Source: a virus
Direction: 5' to 3' (one strand)
IMG/VR virus record: IMGVR_UViG_3300028822_000042
Span: 1 to 64,000 of that record
Length of the DNA stretch: 64,000 nt
The notes under the pieces are model-generated. The model made no database searches, was not told where the DNA came from, and worked only from the letters and a program-made list of their open reading frames with translations. Within the stretch, counting starts at the first letter, position 1; the number at the start of each line of letters is the position of its first letter. The position numbers and the translations under genes were made by a program. This document shows positions 26,296 to 36,400 of the stretch, in pieces.

Positions 26296-26861
26296 TGTCG
26301 AAAAACCCTTATATGGATATATATCCGACTAATTCTTCTAATCTCGAACTTGATTTGAGAAGAGAGATCAGTCGTTTGCTTTATGGAGCAAAAGATGAAA
26401 TTGCTAAAGGCAGACAAGGTCTCTTAAGAAGAATGCGTAAAGACAATAATGGAGACTTAATACGTTGTCCTTGTAGAAACAGAAATACAGATGAGCCAGA
26501 TAGAGACTACTATTGCAGATACTGTGTCGGCATGGGGTACTTTTGGGATGAAGTAAAAATAGTGTATTATAGAAATGATGAGTCTTTTCGTAAGAGAGAA
26601 GGAAAGGTTAAGGAATTCGAAGGAGATATGTTCTATCTTGCATATGATACAATCATATCCAGTAGTGACTATATCATAACAGTTGATTTAGATCAGAATG
26701 GGAATCCTTCAGTGCCTGTAACTAGAGACAAGTATTTTAAGATTTTGAGTGCTGATCCATTCAGAGCAGATAATGGACGAATAGAATTTTGGGCAATTAG
26801 AGCTATAGAGGAACGCAAGTGGAGTACTTGGTATGGTGTCAAGAATAGACAATATAACTAG
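26295..26861 (+). CDS. Putative head-closure/neck protein with Zn ribbon
   Basis: CPC...CRYCVGMG; neck synteny. Confidence 0.55.
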   Translation: MSKNPYMDIYPTNSSNLELDLRREISRLLYGAKDEIAKGRQGLLRRMRKDNNGDLIRCPCRNRNTDEPDRDYYCRYCVGMGYFWDEVKIVYYRNDESFRKREGKVKEFEGDMFYLAYDTIISSSDYIITVDLDQNGNPSVPVTRDKYFKILSADPFRADNGRIEFWAIRAIEERKWSTWYGVKNRQYN

Positions 26862-27549
26862 TGTTCCTGATATAGAGGATCCAGAAGTTAAGGTGCGTTA
26901 TTCTGAGACAGAATGCAATAGGATCCTACGTGTATACCTTGAGACAATACAAGCCCAAAAGCAATTTTCTAATGGTTCAGAACTGAATGATTTTTTTGAT
27001 TTGGTTCATAATGCCATTATTTCAAGACAAGATTCTGAAGGCGTACTTAAGTCTAAGAGGATACTTTTCTTAGAGGAAGATCCTCCAAGTGAGAGTGAAA
27101 TTGACACAGAAGCAATTACTTTCATCTTAAGGTCTAGAGTACCTGGAAGATTCGACCAAGGTCCTGCTGGTACTGGTAGGATTAAAGAGGTTACTGGACA
27201 CCAGAGATCTATAATTGAACATCCAGAGCATCCTGGAGAGAAGCTTGTTACTATGGGTCGGTTTTACGACAACTGGATAACATTCAATGTCTATGCTCGT
27301 ACAGCCAAAGTAGCAAGACATAGACTTCTTTGGTTTGAGCGTCTAATGGATGCTTTTACATGGTATTATAGATTACATGGGTTTCGAGTGATAGAGGAGG
27401 GTTGTGGAGATAAAGAGTCTATAAATCTAGGAGAATTAGAAATAACAAAATATCCTATATCATACATGGTAAGGACAGACGATACATTCCATATTAGTAC
27501 GCAAGAGCTTAAGTCTGTAGTGTTTAATATAGGTGTATCAAGACAATAA
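26833..27549 (+). CDS. Putative tail terminator/neck protein
   Basis: Immediately before the sheath; DNWITFNVYARTAKVA pattern typical of tail-completion proteins. Confidence 0.5.
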   Translation: MVSRIDNITSVPDIEDPEVKVRYSETECNRILRVYLETIQAQKQFSNGSELNDFFDLVHNAIISRQDSEGVLKSKRILFLEEDPPSESEIDTEAITFILRSRVPGRFDQGPAGTGRIKEVTGHQRSIIEHPEHPGEKLVTMGRFYDNWITFNVYARTAKVARHRLLWFERLMDAFTWYYRLHGFRVIEEGCGDKESINLGELEITKYPISYMVRTDDTFHISTQELKSVVFNIGVSRQ

Positions 27550-27567
27550 ATACAGGAGGGTTCGATT

Positions 27568-29460
27568 ATGACGTTACAGAATCTCCCCCGCGTAACAGTT
27601 ACAAAGCCTGATGGGAACTTGGTTCCTGAGCAGACAACACGTGCTCCACGTGTTCTTGTTGTCGGCACTGCTGGGTCTGGTGTTGGCGATACTGCATACT
27701 TTGTTTCTACTACAACTCAAGCTAGATCAGAATTTGGTTCAGATGGAACCTTGATTAGAGGTATGTGGGAAGCAAAGAAAACCGGAGCTGAAGAAATCCT
27801 TCTTTATAGGATTGGTTCCACATCAGCTATTGTATCTGGCATTGGAGACTCGACAGGCTCTACAGGTTACACTGTAACTACTATTGAGCAAGATGCTTCT
27901 GCTGGTGACAATTATGCTCTCTATTATGACAATTCGAATGACCGTCTTGTCGTAAAGAGAAACAGTGATGATCTTATTGTCTTTGACAATGACTCTACAA
28001 ATCCAATTGATTTGTTTGAAGTTACTGTTTCTGGCTATAAAGCTACTGGTGGTGGCCCTGATATAGGTAGTGCATCAAGTTATGTGAACTTGAGTTCTAT
28101 TGATGCTTCTGCATATTCAGGAACATCTTATACTGCAGGCACAGATGGTCTTGGTCTCTCAAGAATGGAAATGTACCAGGAACTGTATGTTGCCTATAAG
28201 AATCTGCTTCAGGAAGAATTTGATGTTATCGTTCCTATGGATGTCTATATGGACGACTATAATGTAGTCGATCAAGGACATTATAAGGGTTCGGTTACAC
28301 CTGTTGTTCCTGGTGGACAGTCATTTCCGACTGCTGGAGCATATCAACCTGGTACAGACGTAGACTCTCTTGGTAAGGTCTATGTTGAAGAGTATGAAGG
28401 CGAATATTACTTCTGGTGGTGGTTTAGCGGCGGTGCATTTGCGGCTGCAGACATTACTCCTGCAAATGTTCCTGGCTCTGGTAGTTCAACAACTAAAATT
28501 GATGGCACTACAATAACAGAAGATGACTTCCATGAAGTTAACTTCGCATATCAGCTTGGTCGGTTTCTTTATGACTATAGCACTGACATTGTTGATGCAA
28601 CTGGTGTCATTGGCGCTCTTCCGCCAGCAAGTAACTCTCTTAGAGACAAAGCTCGTTGGTTGGGTAAAGCTCCTACTTGGACATTGAATACATCAACAGG
28701 TGAATACTATGTCGCATCTAGTGGAGATAATGGCTCTGGTCTATTAGGAAATAAATTTACCGTTGGTAAAAGTGACCATAGATCTGGTGAGTTTGGTGGT
28801 GGTTTTATTCTAACTGATTCTGAGTTCATGGATGGAACTGAACAGGTAGATCAAAACGACATCCCTGTAGATCTTGGAAAGTATTTCTCCATCGTTGTAG
28901 ATACACCATTTCTGAGAAACAATTGGTATAATGCTGGCTATAGGGCTTCATTCGCAGCGTCATATGCTGGCTTTTATGTTGGCATGGTTCCATCTAGCGC
29001 TCCTACCAACAAACGTGTTAGCTCTTCAATATCTCTCATTTATAAGATGAGCTTAGGTTCTCTTGATGCACTTGCTGGTGCAGGATATGTCGTCATGAGA
29101 AACAAGCCTCAGGGTCTTGTTGTGGCTGATGCACCTACAGCTACGATGCCAAACTCTGACTGGAAGAGACTCTCAACAGTTAGAATTGTTAAGTCTGTCG
29201 TTGACGGGATTAGGGTAGCAGTTGATTCATTCCTTGGCGAAGGCATGAACGATGGTTCCAGAGCCTCTATGAGGAATGAAATTGATAAGATTTTGCTTTC
29301 TGCCAAGTCGGCTGGATATCTACAGGACTATAAACCTTTCGATATCATCCAAACACCTTCTATGGAGGTCGCTGGAAGAGCAGAAATCAATCTAACGCTA
29401 ATTCCGTCTTTCGAACTGAGAGTCATCGACCTGACTGTTTCTCTTTCTAAGTCAGGCTAA
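27568..29460 (+). CDS. Tail sheath protein
   Basis: RVLVVGTA N-terminus; SDWKRLSTVRIV...FLGE...INLTLIPSFELRVIDLTVSL sheath C-terminus. Confidence 0.9.
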   Translation: MTLQNLPRVTVTKPDGNLVPEQTTRAPRVLVVGTAGSGVGDTAYFVSTTTQARSEFGSDGTLIRGMWEAKKTGAEEILLYRIGSTSAIVSGIGDSTGSTGYTVTTIEQDASAGDNYALYYDNSNDRLVVKRNSDDLIVFDNDSTNPIDLFEVTVSGYKATGGGPDIGSASSYVNLSSIDASAYSGTSYTAGTDGLGLSRMEMYQELYVAYKNLLQEEFDVIVPMDVYMDDYNVVDQGHYKGSVTPVVPGGQSFPTAGAYQPGTDVDSLGKVYVEEYEGEYYFWWWFSGGAFAAADITPANVPGSGSSTTKIDGTTITEDDFHEVNFAYQLGRFLYDYSTDIVDATGVIGALPPASNSLRDKARWLGKAPTWTLNTSTGEYYVASSGDNGSGLLGNKFTVGKSDHRSGEFGGGFILTDSEFMDGTEQVDQNDIPVDLGKYFSIVVDTPFLRNNWYNAGYRASFAASYAGFYVGMVPSSAPTNKRVSSSISLIYKMSLGSLDALAGAGYVVMRNKPQGLVVADAPTATMPNSDWKRLSTVRIVKSVVDGIRVAVDSFLGEGMNDGSRASMRNEIDKILLSAKSAGYLQDYKPFDIIQTPSMEVAGRAEINLTLIPSFELRVIDLTVSLSKSG

Positions 29461-29480
29461 CAATGGAGGTAGGGTAGACA

Positions 29481-30155
29481 ATGGCACAAATTAGTTCATT
29501 TACTAGAGGCTACAATAGCTTCAGTGGTGTAGACATCAAAGCTACTATCGGCGCAAAGGCAATTGGTACTTTGCAAGGTATTAGCTATCAGGTGTCTCGT
29601 GAAAAAGCTCCTATTTATACAATGGGTACTGCCGATCCTAGAGCTTTTGCTAGAGGCAAAAGAGCTATTGCTGGATCACTGGTCTTTATCCAGTTTGATG
29701 CAGAGCCATTGATGTATGAGCTTGCTAACCCCAATGACGAAACAAGGCAATTGTATTTCTTGTCTGATGTTGATGATCTCAGACCAGAATATAACATGAA
29801 TGACGAAATCCCAGTCGCTGATACAACTGTTACTCCTGTTGGAGAAAGCAGTCCTAACGTGCCTGGTGCGCCTGCTGGTGGACAAGAGTCAGATGTTACT
29901 TCTGCTGCATCAGATCAGAAGAGAGCATTGCCTTGGTATCCTGATCAACTTCCACCCTTTGATGTTGTATTGACTGCAGCCAATGAATATGGTGCACTTG
30001 CCATCATGAAGATTCTTGGTGTTGAGCTTATGAACTCAGGTCATGGTGTCAGTATTGATGATATCGTGTCTGAGCACAGCTACACATATGTAGCCCATGG
30101 AATGGTCCCCTGGGTCTCTCAGGGCGTCCATGAAGACATGGAAAGCGCTATATAG
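29481..30155 (+). CDS. Tail tube protein
   Basis: Directly after the sheath; SFSGVDIK, LQGISYQVSREKAPIY, RGKRAIAGSLVF, DQLPPFDV, ANEYG. Confidence 0.8.
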   Translation: MAQISSFTRGYNSFSGVDIKATIGAKAIGTLQGISYQVSREKAPIYTMGTADPRAFARGKRAIAGSLVFIQFDAEPLMYELANPNDETRQLYFLSDVDDLRPEYNMNDEIPVADTTVTPVGESSPNVPGAPAGGQESDVTSAASDQKRALPWYPDQLPPFDVVLTAANEYGALAIMKILGVELMNSGHGVSIDDIVSEHSYTYVAHGMVPWVSQGVHEDMESAI

Positions 30156-30175
30156 TTAATGTCATGTCTATCCTA

Positions 30176-30205
30176 AAGGGCTAGGGGAATAGGCTCCTAG
30201 CCCTT
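30176..30205 (+). terminator. Stem-loop after tail tube gene (attenuator/terminator)
   Basis: AAGGGCTAGGGG-AATAGG-CTCCTAGCCCTT, followed by a pyrimidine tract rather than a clean U run. Confidence 0.55.
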
Positions 30206-30225
30206 CTCTCCCCTTAGGAGTCATA

Positions 30226-31158
30226 ATGTCTAATGGCGGCACACAAAAAACATTAGCCTCTTATCGAACAACAAGTGTTGATAAGAAAATTAGCTATCCT
30301 AACAATATAGAGAATGTAGGCAGAGCTTTACATCCTGCAGAAAGTACTAATTCTGTAGTTTCTGATTATATGGGATATGGTAGTTTCTCTGGGGCTGATG
30401 TTAAGGTTGTTGTCCATTATCCAAGAAATCACTTCTTAGAGAAGAGACTGGCTGAAGAGAAGAGAGACGCCATAAGAGAGATAAATGAAATAACTGATGA
30501 CATTAACTCATTTAGCGTTATAGATACTTCAAGACTAGAAGGCAGAAGACAATCTGCATATAAAAAGCTAGAAGAAATTGATGAAGAGATTGATAAATTT
30601 CACAATATACCTACATCTAAAGTTTTAGCTGAGCTTCAGACTATCAGCTATTCTATATTTAGAGAAAAAACTCCTGTACGTACATTAGGTTCTGTATACC
30701 CTAGAGCATATGTTCGTGGTCCGCGTACTATTGGTGGCTCTATGATCTTTACTGTGTTTCACAAACATGTTCTTCATGAGGTACTAAGCATGAACATGGG
30801 AGTATACAGTACAGGAACTAGTGATCATGATAGATACAGATATTCTACAAATTTACCTGATCAAATACCTCCTCTAGATATGAGTATCATATTTGCTAAT
30901 GAATATGGTGCTATATCTCATATGGGGCTGTGGGGGGTTGAATTTGTGCAGGAAGGATCTACTTTTTCAATTGAAGACATCTTTACTGAGAACACAGTGC
31001 AATATGTTGCTAGAGACTTAGACCCTATGAGGGTAGTAAATGCAAGAGAAATTGACGGGAAAGGTGTAAGTAAAGAATGGACCAAAACAGCTTCTATATT
31101 GTTATATGAGAAGCAACAGTTAAATAGTCATCTGACTAGAAGGAATCCTTTCTTATAA
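30226..31158 (+). CDS. Tube-like paralogue (tube initiator) with coiled-coil insertion
   Basis: SFSGADVK, LQTISYSIFREKTPV, RGPRTIGGSMIF, DQIPPLD, ANEYG, SIEDI. Confidence 0.75.
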   Translation: MSNGGTQKTLASYRTTSVDKKISYPNNIENVGRALHPAESTNSVVSDYMGYGSFSGADVKVVVHYPRNHFLEKRLAEEKRDAIREINEITDDINSFSVIDTSRLEGRRQSAYKKLEEIDEEIDKFHNIPTSKVLAELQTISYSIFREKTPVRTLGSVYPRAYVRGPRTIGGSMIFTVFHKHVLHEVLSMNMGVYSTGTSDHDRYRYSTNLPDQIPPLDMSIIFANEYGAISHMGLWGVEFVQEGSTFSIEDIFTENTVQYVARDLDPMRVVNAREIDGKGVSKEWTKTASILLYEKQQLNSHLTRRNPFL

Positions 31159-32051
31159 TGGCTATTAGAGACGAATATAACAATCTTGTTGGTAGCAAAT
31201 TCTCTGGAGAGAGAGTTTACGAATATGATTGGTTTTCTGGGTCTCAGATTAACATTATGTTAGGTGATGTTGTTATTGATAGTGCTGTAGGTATTTCCTT
31301 TAATATCCAACAGACAAAAACACCTGTTTATGGATATGCTAGTCAGTATTACAAGTTTGTGACTAACGGACATGTTCTTGTGCAGGGCAACTTGACCATT
31401 GCTTTTAAAGAAACAGGATACCTTATGTATCCTATTCAGAGGCTCTTAAACAATCAGGTCAATACAAAGAATCTTGACTATTCTGACTTGGCTAAACAAG
31501 AATTCTCTAGTTCTCCTAAATACTCAATGGAGAATGGTGAATTTCAGAGAGGTTATAAGAGTTCCACTAATAGTCTTACAGAAGCAGCTGATGCAGCTAG
31601 AAGAAAACGCACTATGAAGGCTAATGTGGAACAGATGTTTGAGTGGGAAGCTCGTGGCGGAGATCCTAAATTACAGAGAAGATACAACAAATTCTGGAGA
31701 GGGCTTTCAAGTCTTCCCGATGATAAGTTTGAAGACTGGGCAGAAACTTTTGAAGATGCAGTTTGGTTCGGATCAGATAGTAGCAATCCTGTAGTTAGAG
31801 ATAAATTTTTTAGCAACAATATTGATGACACAACTAGTCTTGCAGATGAAGATGTTTTGATGCATCGGCGTTTAGATCAATATCCAGAAATTGATATTAT
31901 TATCTCTTATGGAGATCAATCCATACATTCAGCAAATCACACCGTCAAGAAGATACTTGATGTCAATTTTACTGGTCAGTCTCAAACAATAGAAATTTCT
32001 GGCCAGCCTGTGTATGAACAGTACAGCTTCATTGCTAGAAATCTAGTTTAA
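31158..32051 (+). CDS. Tube-like paralogue/baseplate hub component
   Basis: WFSGSQI, ISFNIQQTKTPVYGY, GHVLVQGNLTI, EQYSFIAR. Confidence 0.65.
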   Translation: MAIRDEYNNLVGSKFSGERVYEYDWFSGSQINIMLGDVVIDSAVGISFNIQQTKTPVYGYASQYYKFVTNGHVLVQGNLTIAFKETGYLMYPIQRLLNNQVNTKNLDYSDLAKQEFSSSPKYSMENGEFQRGYKSSTNSLTEAADAARRKRTMKANVEQMFEWEARGGDPKLQRRYNKFWRGLSSLPDDKFEDWAETFEDAVWFGSDSSNPVVRDKFFSNNIDDTTSLADEDVLMHRRLDQYPEIDIIISYGDQSIHSANHTVKKILDVNFTGQSQTIEISGQPVYEQYSFIARNLV

Positions 32052-32078
32052 GAATTTTCTATATCTATAATTTAAGTC

Positions 32079-32111
32079 TTGCATGTTTTAGATTATTACA
32101 TGTAATCTAAA
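32079..32111 (+). promoter_or_regulatory. Candidate promoter overlapped by an inverted repeat
   Basis: TTGCAT (32079) and TAATCT (32103) 18 bp apart; TTTAGATTA-7nt-TAATCTAAA palindrome at 32087-32111. Confidence 0.45.
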
Positions 32112-32133
32112 TCATAACCTATTGGAGGAATAG

Positions 32134-32775
32134 ATGACTAAAGGCAAAAAACTATCAAATGAAGAAGCTCAGATGCTTGCAGAAGCAGAGAAGGCAGCAA
32201 AGGCAGGTTTTGACCAAAAAACAAAGCAGTTAAATGAAGAAATATATGGATCAATAACAACAAAGTTTGATCCTACAGTAGAAATGAAAGATAAAGCTTC
32301 TATGGAAAATGATTCTACAGTAGAGACCTCTTCTCATAGACCTGAAGAAGACCCATCTTTAGAGGGGGAAGAGCCTGGAGATACAGTCCCTGAAGATCCT
32401 GAAGAGAGGATGAAATGGACTGCCAAGATGCTGCAGAAGGTAAACCCTAAAGCACCTGGATACAATGCTCTTAGGCAGTGGAAACAGATGCATGGGGATA
32501 TCTTCATTCTAAATATACAAGATAAAGTCTTTATCTATCGGTATATTAAGAGACAAGAATGGGCACAACTTCAATCGAGTGATAGTTTCAACAACATGAA
32601 TCCTGTTCAACAGGAAGATCATATTACAGAACGTTGTGTTCTTTGGCCAGAAATGAATCCTATGGTTAAGGCATCTATGCCTGCAGGTGCATTGAGTATG
32701 CTTGCAGAACAGATCAGAATTCAGAGTATGTTCTTAGATCCTGTACAAGTGGCCAATATCACATTGAAGCTCTAA
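32134..32775 (+). CDS. Tail assembly chaperone 1
   Basis: Position after the tube genes; WKQMHGDIF...FIYRYIKRQEW...CVLWP...PAG. Confidence 0.6.
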   Translation: MTKGKKLSNEEAQMLAEAEKAAKAGFDQKTKQLNEEIYGSITTKFDPTVEMKDKASMENDSTVETSSHRPEEDPSLEGEEPGDTVPEDPEERMKWTAKMLQKVNPKAPGYNALRQWKQMHGDIFILNIQDKVFIYRYIKRQEWAQLQSSDSFNNMNPVQQEDHITERCVLWPEMNPMVKASMPAGALSMLAEQIRIQSMFLDPVQVANITLKL

Positions 32776-33467
32776 TGACTTCTCTCCATCATGCATTAGA
32801 TGCAATAAGAAAGGCAGATGATGCCTTATATGCTGTTCCGTTTCCTGATGGTACAGAGATAGTTTTTCGTCTGCCTTCTTATAGAAAAGCTCTACAGTAT
32901 TCTGAGCTTATATCTATTAGCAAAGAAGACTCTCAACTTTCTTCTCATATCTACAACTATATATTTAAATCTGTATGTCAGGATAAATTTCTGGCAAATG
33001 ATAGCGACATGCTTCCAGCAGGTGTCCCTGAGACGGTTGCTAAATTAGTCCTACTCTTCTCTGGTGTAGATGAATCTTCATTAGACTATACAGAGACTCT
33101 TCTTAACTCATATAGATCTAGAGTTAATAATGTCATCTGTACAATGAAGAGGTGTATCTGCAAAGTGTTTTCTGGGTATAAGTATCATGAGCTAGATAGT
33201 CTTAACTATCAGCAACTTATTGAAGTATTTGTTCAAGCAGAGAAAGTTTTACAAGATGAAGGTATAATATCTGAAGAGGGTCTTGTTATTCAAAGACCTG
33301 AAGATAGTAAACAAAAAGATCTTGATGTTGGACAAATGATCAATAAGGACATTAAGGAATACAATCAATTTGAACATGGTGGTTCTTCAGGACAATCCCT
33401 GTATGACAGCCCAGAATATAAATCTAGACTAGAACAAGAGAAGATGAGAAGGATGAGACAGTCTTAG
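32775..33467 (+). CDS. Tail assembly chaperone 2 (paralogue of chaperone 1)
   Basis: IVFRLPS...LPAGVPETVAKLV..SG parallels FIYRYIK...MPAGALSMLAEQI..S; TAATG coupling. Confidence 0.55.
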   Translation: MTSLHHALDAIRKADDALYAVPFPDGTEIVFRLPSYRKALQYSELISISKEDSQLSSHIYNYIFKSVCQDKFLANDSDMLPAGVPETVAKLVLLFSGVDESSLDYTETLLNSYRSRVNNVICTMKRCICKVFSGYKYHELDSLNYQQLIEVFVQAEKVLQDEGIISEEGLVIQRPEDSKQKDLDVGQMINKDIKEYNQFEHGGSSGQSLYDSPEYKSRLEQEKMRRMRQS

Positions 33468-33480
33468 GAGGGTACTTGAC

Positions 33481-36400
33481 TTGGTCAAAAAAATTCTTGC
33501 AGAAGGGGAACAACCAGGTTTACCTGGTGAAGGGTTCCAAGATAATTCTGGTTCTTTAACAGCTCTTGCATTTGGCGCTGGAGGTCTTGCCGCTACTGGA
33601 TTTATTCCTGTTGGCAAAGGTCGGATGTGGGATAAGTATCTCTCTGGAATTAGAAGTGTAGAAACTGCTTTTCCCGGCGCAATACTAAGAACATTTAGGA
33701 CATCTGAGTTCCTCTCTCCTCTTGAGAGCTGGTCCAAGCTTGGTCTTGCTGAAGCTGAGCTTAAGGGTGCTGGAGTATATTCAGATTACCTTAAGACTAC
33801 TTTTGGCCAGGGCATAAAGGCACTAGATGTTACTAGAACTGGATCTGTATTTGGTGAAGTCAGAGACGAGGCTGGAAGACTTGTTGGTATGGCAGCCCAG
33901 ATGGAGGCTGGTACTCTCAAGGGTTCTGCTATCTCTGACTACTATGCTCGTGTTCAAGGATTAAATCTTACTCAGTATGATTCTTTAAATGAATCTTTGC
34001 TCAGAGCCAAGTGGAAAGCTGCTAAGAGTACTCTTCCTTATAATGAATGGGTAAAGACTCTTGAGCCTCATCTGCGTAGAGAACGTATAATACTTGGGGC
34101 TAAGATTAGAAACAAAGCCAATCTCATGGGGCTTAATCTTGAACTCTCTGAGAGGATGGCTCGCAATGTAGCTAAAGCAGAAATAGCAGGAAATATCCTT
34201 AGAGCTAAGGCAGCATCTACTGCCGGTAGACTAAACAATCTACTTACAAAACCATTAGAAGTTCCTGTTCTTGGTGATGTTCTAGAGAAAATACCTGGCC
34301 TGCGTAGTATGGCCGTTCGTCCTGGCACCAACTTACAGATACTTGGAAGGCTTACTGCCAAAGGTGCTGTAGCTGGTGCTGCTTGGAAGGGTTTAGATTA
34401 TGTAGACTATCTTCGTTCTGAAGGGTCTATATGGGCTGCTCCACTGTCTGTAGCTGGTGGGGCTGCAGCTGGTGCTTTTATAGCTAGAAGACCTGGTATG
34501 AAATTCTCTAAAGGAGGATTGATTGCCGGTGCAGCTCTTGGTCTGTTTACTTCCATATCTCCTAGATTTAGTGAAGGCATATTCTATGGTGCAGCATCTA
34601 CTACTGCAGATATAAATCTTGCTAGATCAGAATTGTCTAGTACCGTTGGGATCACAGAGTCTCTTCAAGAACAAGAGGAAGTAACTTCTGGTCTTGTAAC
34701 TCCTCAAGCTGCATTAGCATTTGGTGGTATTGGTGCTTTAGGTGTTGGATTCGCTGACTATTTTTCCTTTCTTGGTCGCGCAAGTAAAGAGAAGTTGGCT
34801 ACTAAAGAACCGTTCTTTAAAGTTCTTGAACGATTCAGAGAGAGAGAGGGCAACTTAGTATCTAATTTGTGGGAGTCTTCTCTTGGTAAGAAAATAGCTA
34901 AAACTCCTATTCTAAAACATCTTACTAAGATTAAGAGTGCAGCAGGACTTGGCTTTGTTGCTGGCCTTGCTGCATGGCAAGGAATTACATCTGGTCTTTC
35001 TCTCCTTGCTGGCAATCCATTGGCAGCTATACCTGGTGTTCCTTTTATAGGAACCACAGAAACTCCTGAAGAGCTTAGTGCTGTTTATTCAGGTGAGAAA
35101 GATGTAGCTGTACGTAAAGGCAGATGGTGGGAGTTTGGTAGATCAACTGGTTACGAAGGTGGACGTATAGAATACTATCGTCCGCACTTTCTACATAGAT
35201 TAAGAACTAGAGCGTATCAGAAAGGACTGTATGGTTCAGAAGAGGAGAAATGGGAATACGACCCCATGATAAATCCTCTTAAAGCTCTTTTCGGCTCGGA
35301 TGAGTGGAAATACCACTATGAGAAAAAACATCAGTATGATAGACCTGCTCCTCTTACAGGCACATATGGAGAAGATATTCCGTTCATAGGGCCTCTAGTT
35401 GCAGCTACATTTGGTAAGCTCTTCAAGCCTCGTAAGAAAGTACGTCCAGAAGAATGGAATCTTGGTGGTGGTGAATATGTAGATATTACTGACCCTAGAG
35501 GAGAGACAGAACCTGCATATGGTCTTGGTGGTTTAGGTCCCGGTGCACCTGTTGCTCCAGAAGAAGGCAGCCAACTATTAAACCAACTTAACTATAGGAG
35601 ACGTGAAGCTGTAGGTCTTGTAGGTTTCCTTGAGGGAGCCCTTACTAAGAGAGCTATTGGTAGAGAAGAATTTTTTCAGAACAAAAGAACCCTAGAAGGA
35701 ATGGGAGAAGAGACAGGTTCTGAATACTGGTTATGGAAACATCTTAATCTTGGCGGTGGGTTAGGCACTACAGAAGCAGTTAGACGTTTTATTCCTAGAA
35801 CTCCTAGCTATCTAGAGACATATAATCCTCTAAAGAATGCTCTTCCTTCTTGGATGCCAGATGACTACTTTCTAGATCTAAAGCATGGTAACCCCTTCAA
35901 GAAGATACCTGAAGCAGAGATAAGACTTCCTGGTGAAGGCTATGCCACCCTACATCCAGAAGTTGAAGGTCTATCTCCTGAAGAATATCCATTAGCACAT
36001 AGAGTTAAGATCCTTGGCGATGTAGCTATGTGGTCTAATGAATATAAAAGCACAATTAGATATGCCAAGTCTAGATTAGATCAATTCTCTCCTGAAGAAG
36101 CTCAGATGATTCAGGAGACAGAGGAACAAGTAAGAGCCAAGAAGGAGAGAAGAGAGTTTTCTCCCTATATATTTGGTGGCGACCAACTAGAAGAGATGGA
36201 TGTAACTGTCTCTGAAGTCTTAAGTCCTAGACATATTAAGACTAAAGAGATGGGAGATATGATTCTTGAGATTCAAGGTATTGGTGCAGTTAAGAATACA
36301 AAGGAAGCCTTAAACTTTGTTCAGCAGTCTCTTGAAGGCAGCAAGGTATCTGTCCATACACCTAAACTAGAACCTAGAAGATACAGCTCTATAACTAGAG

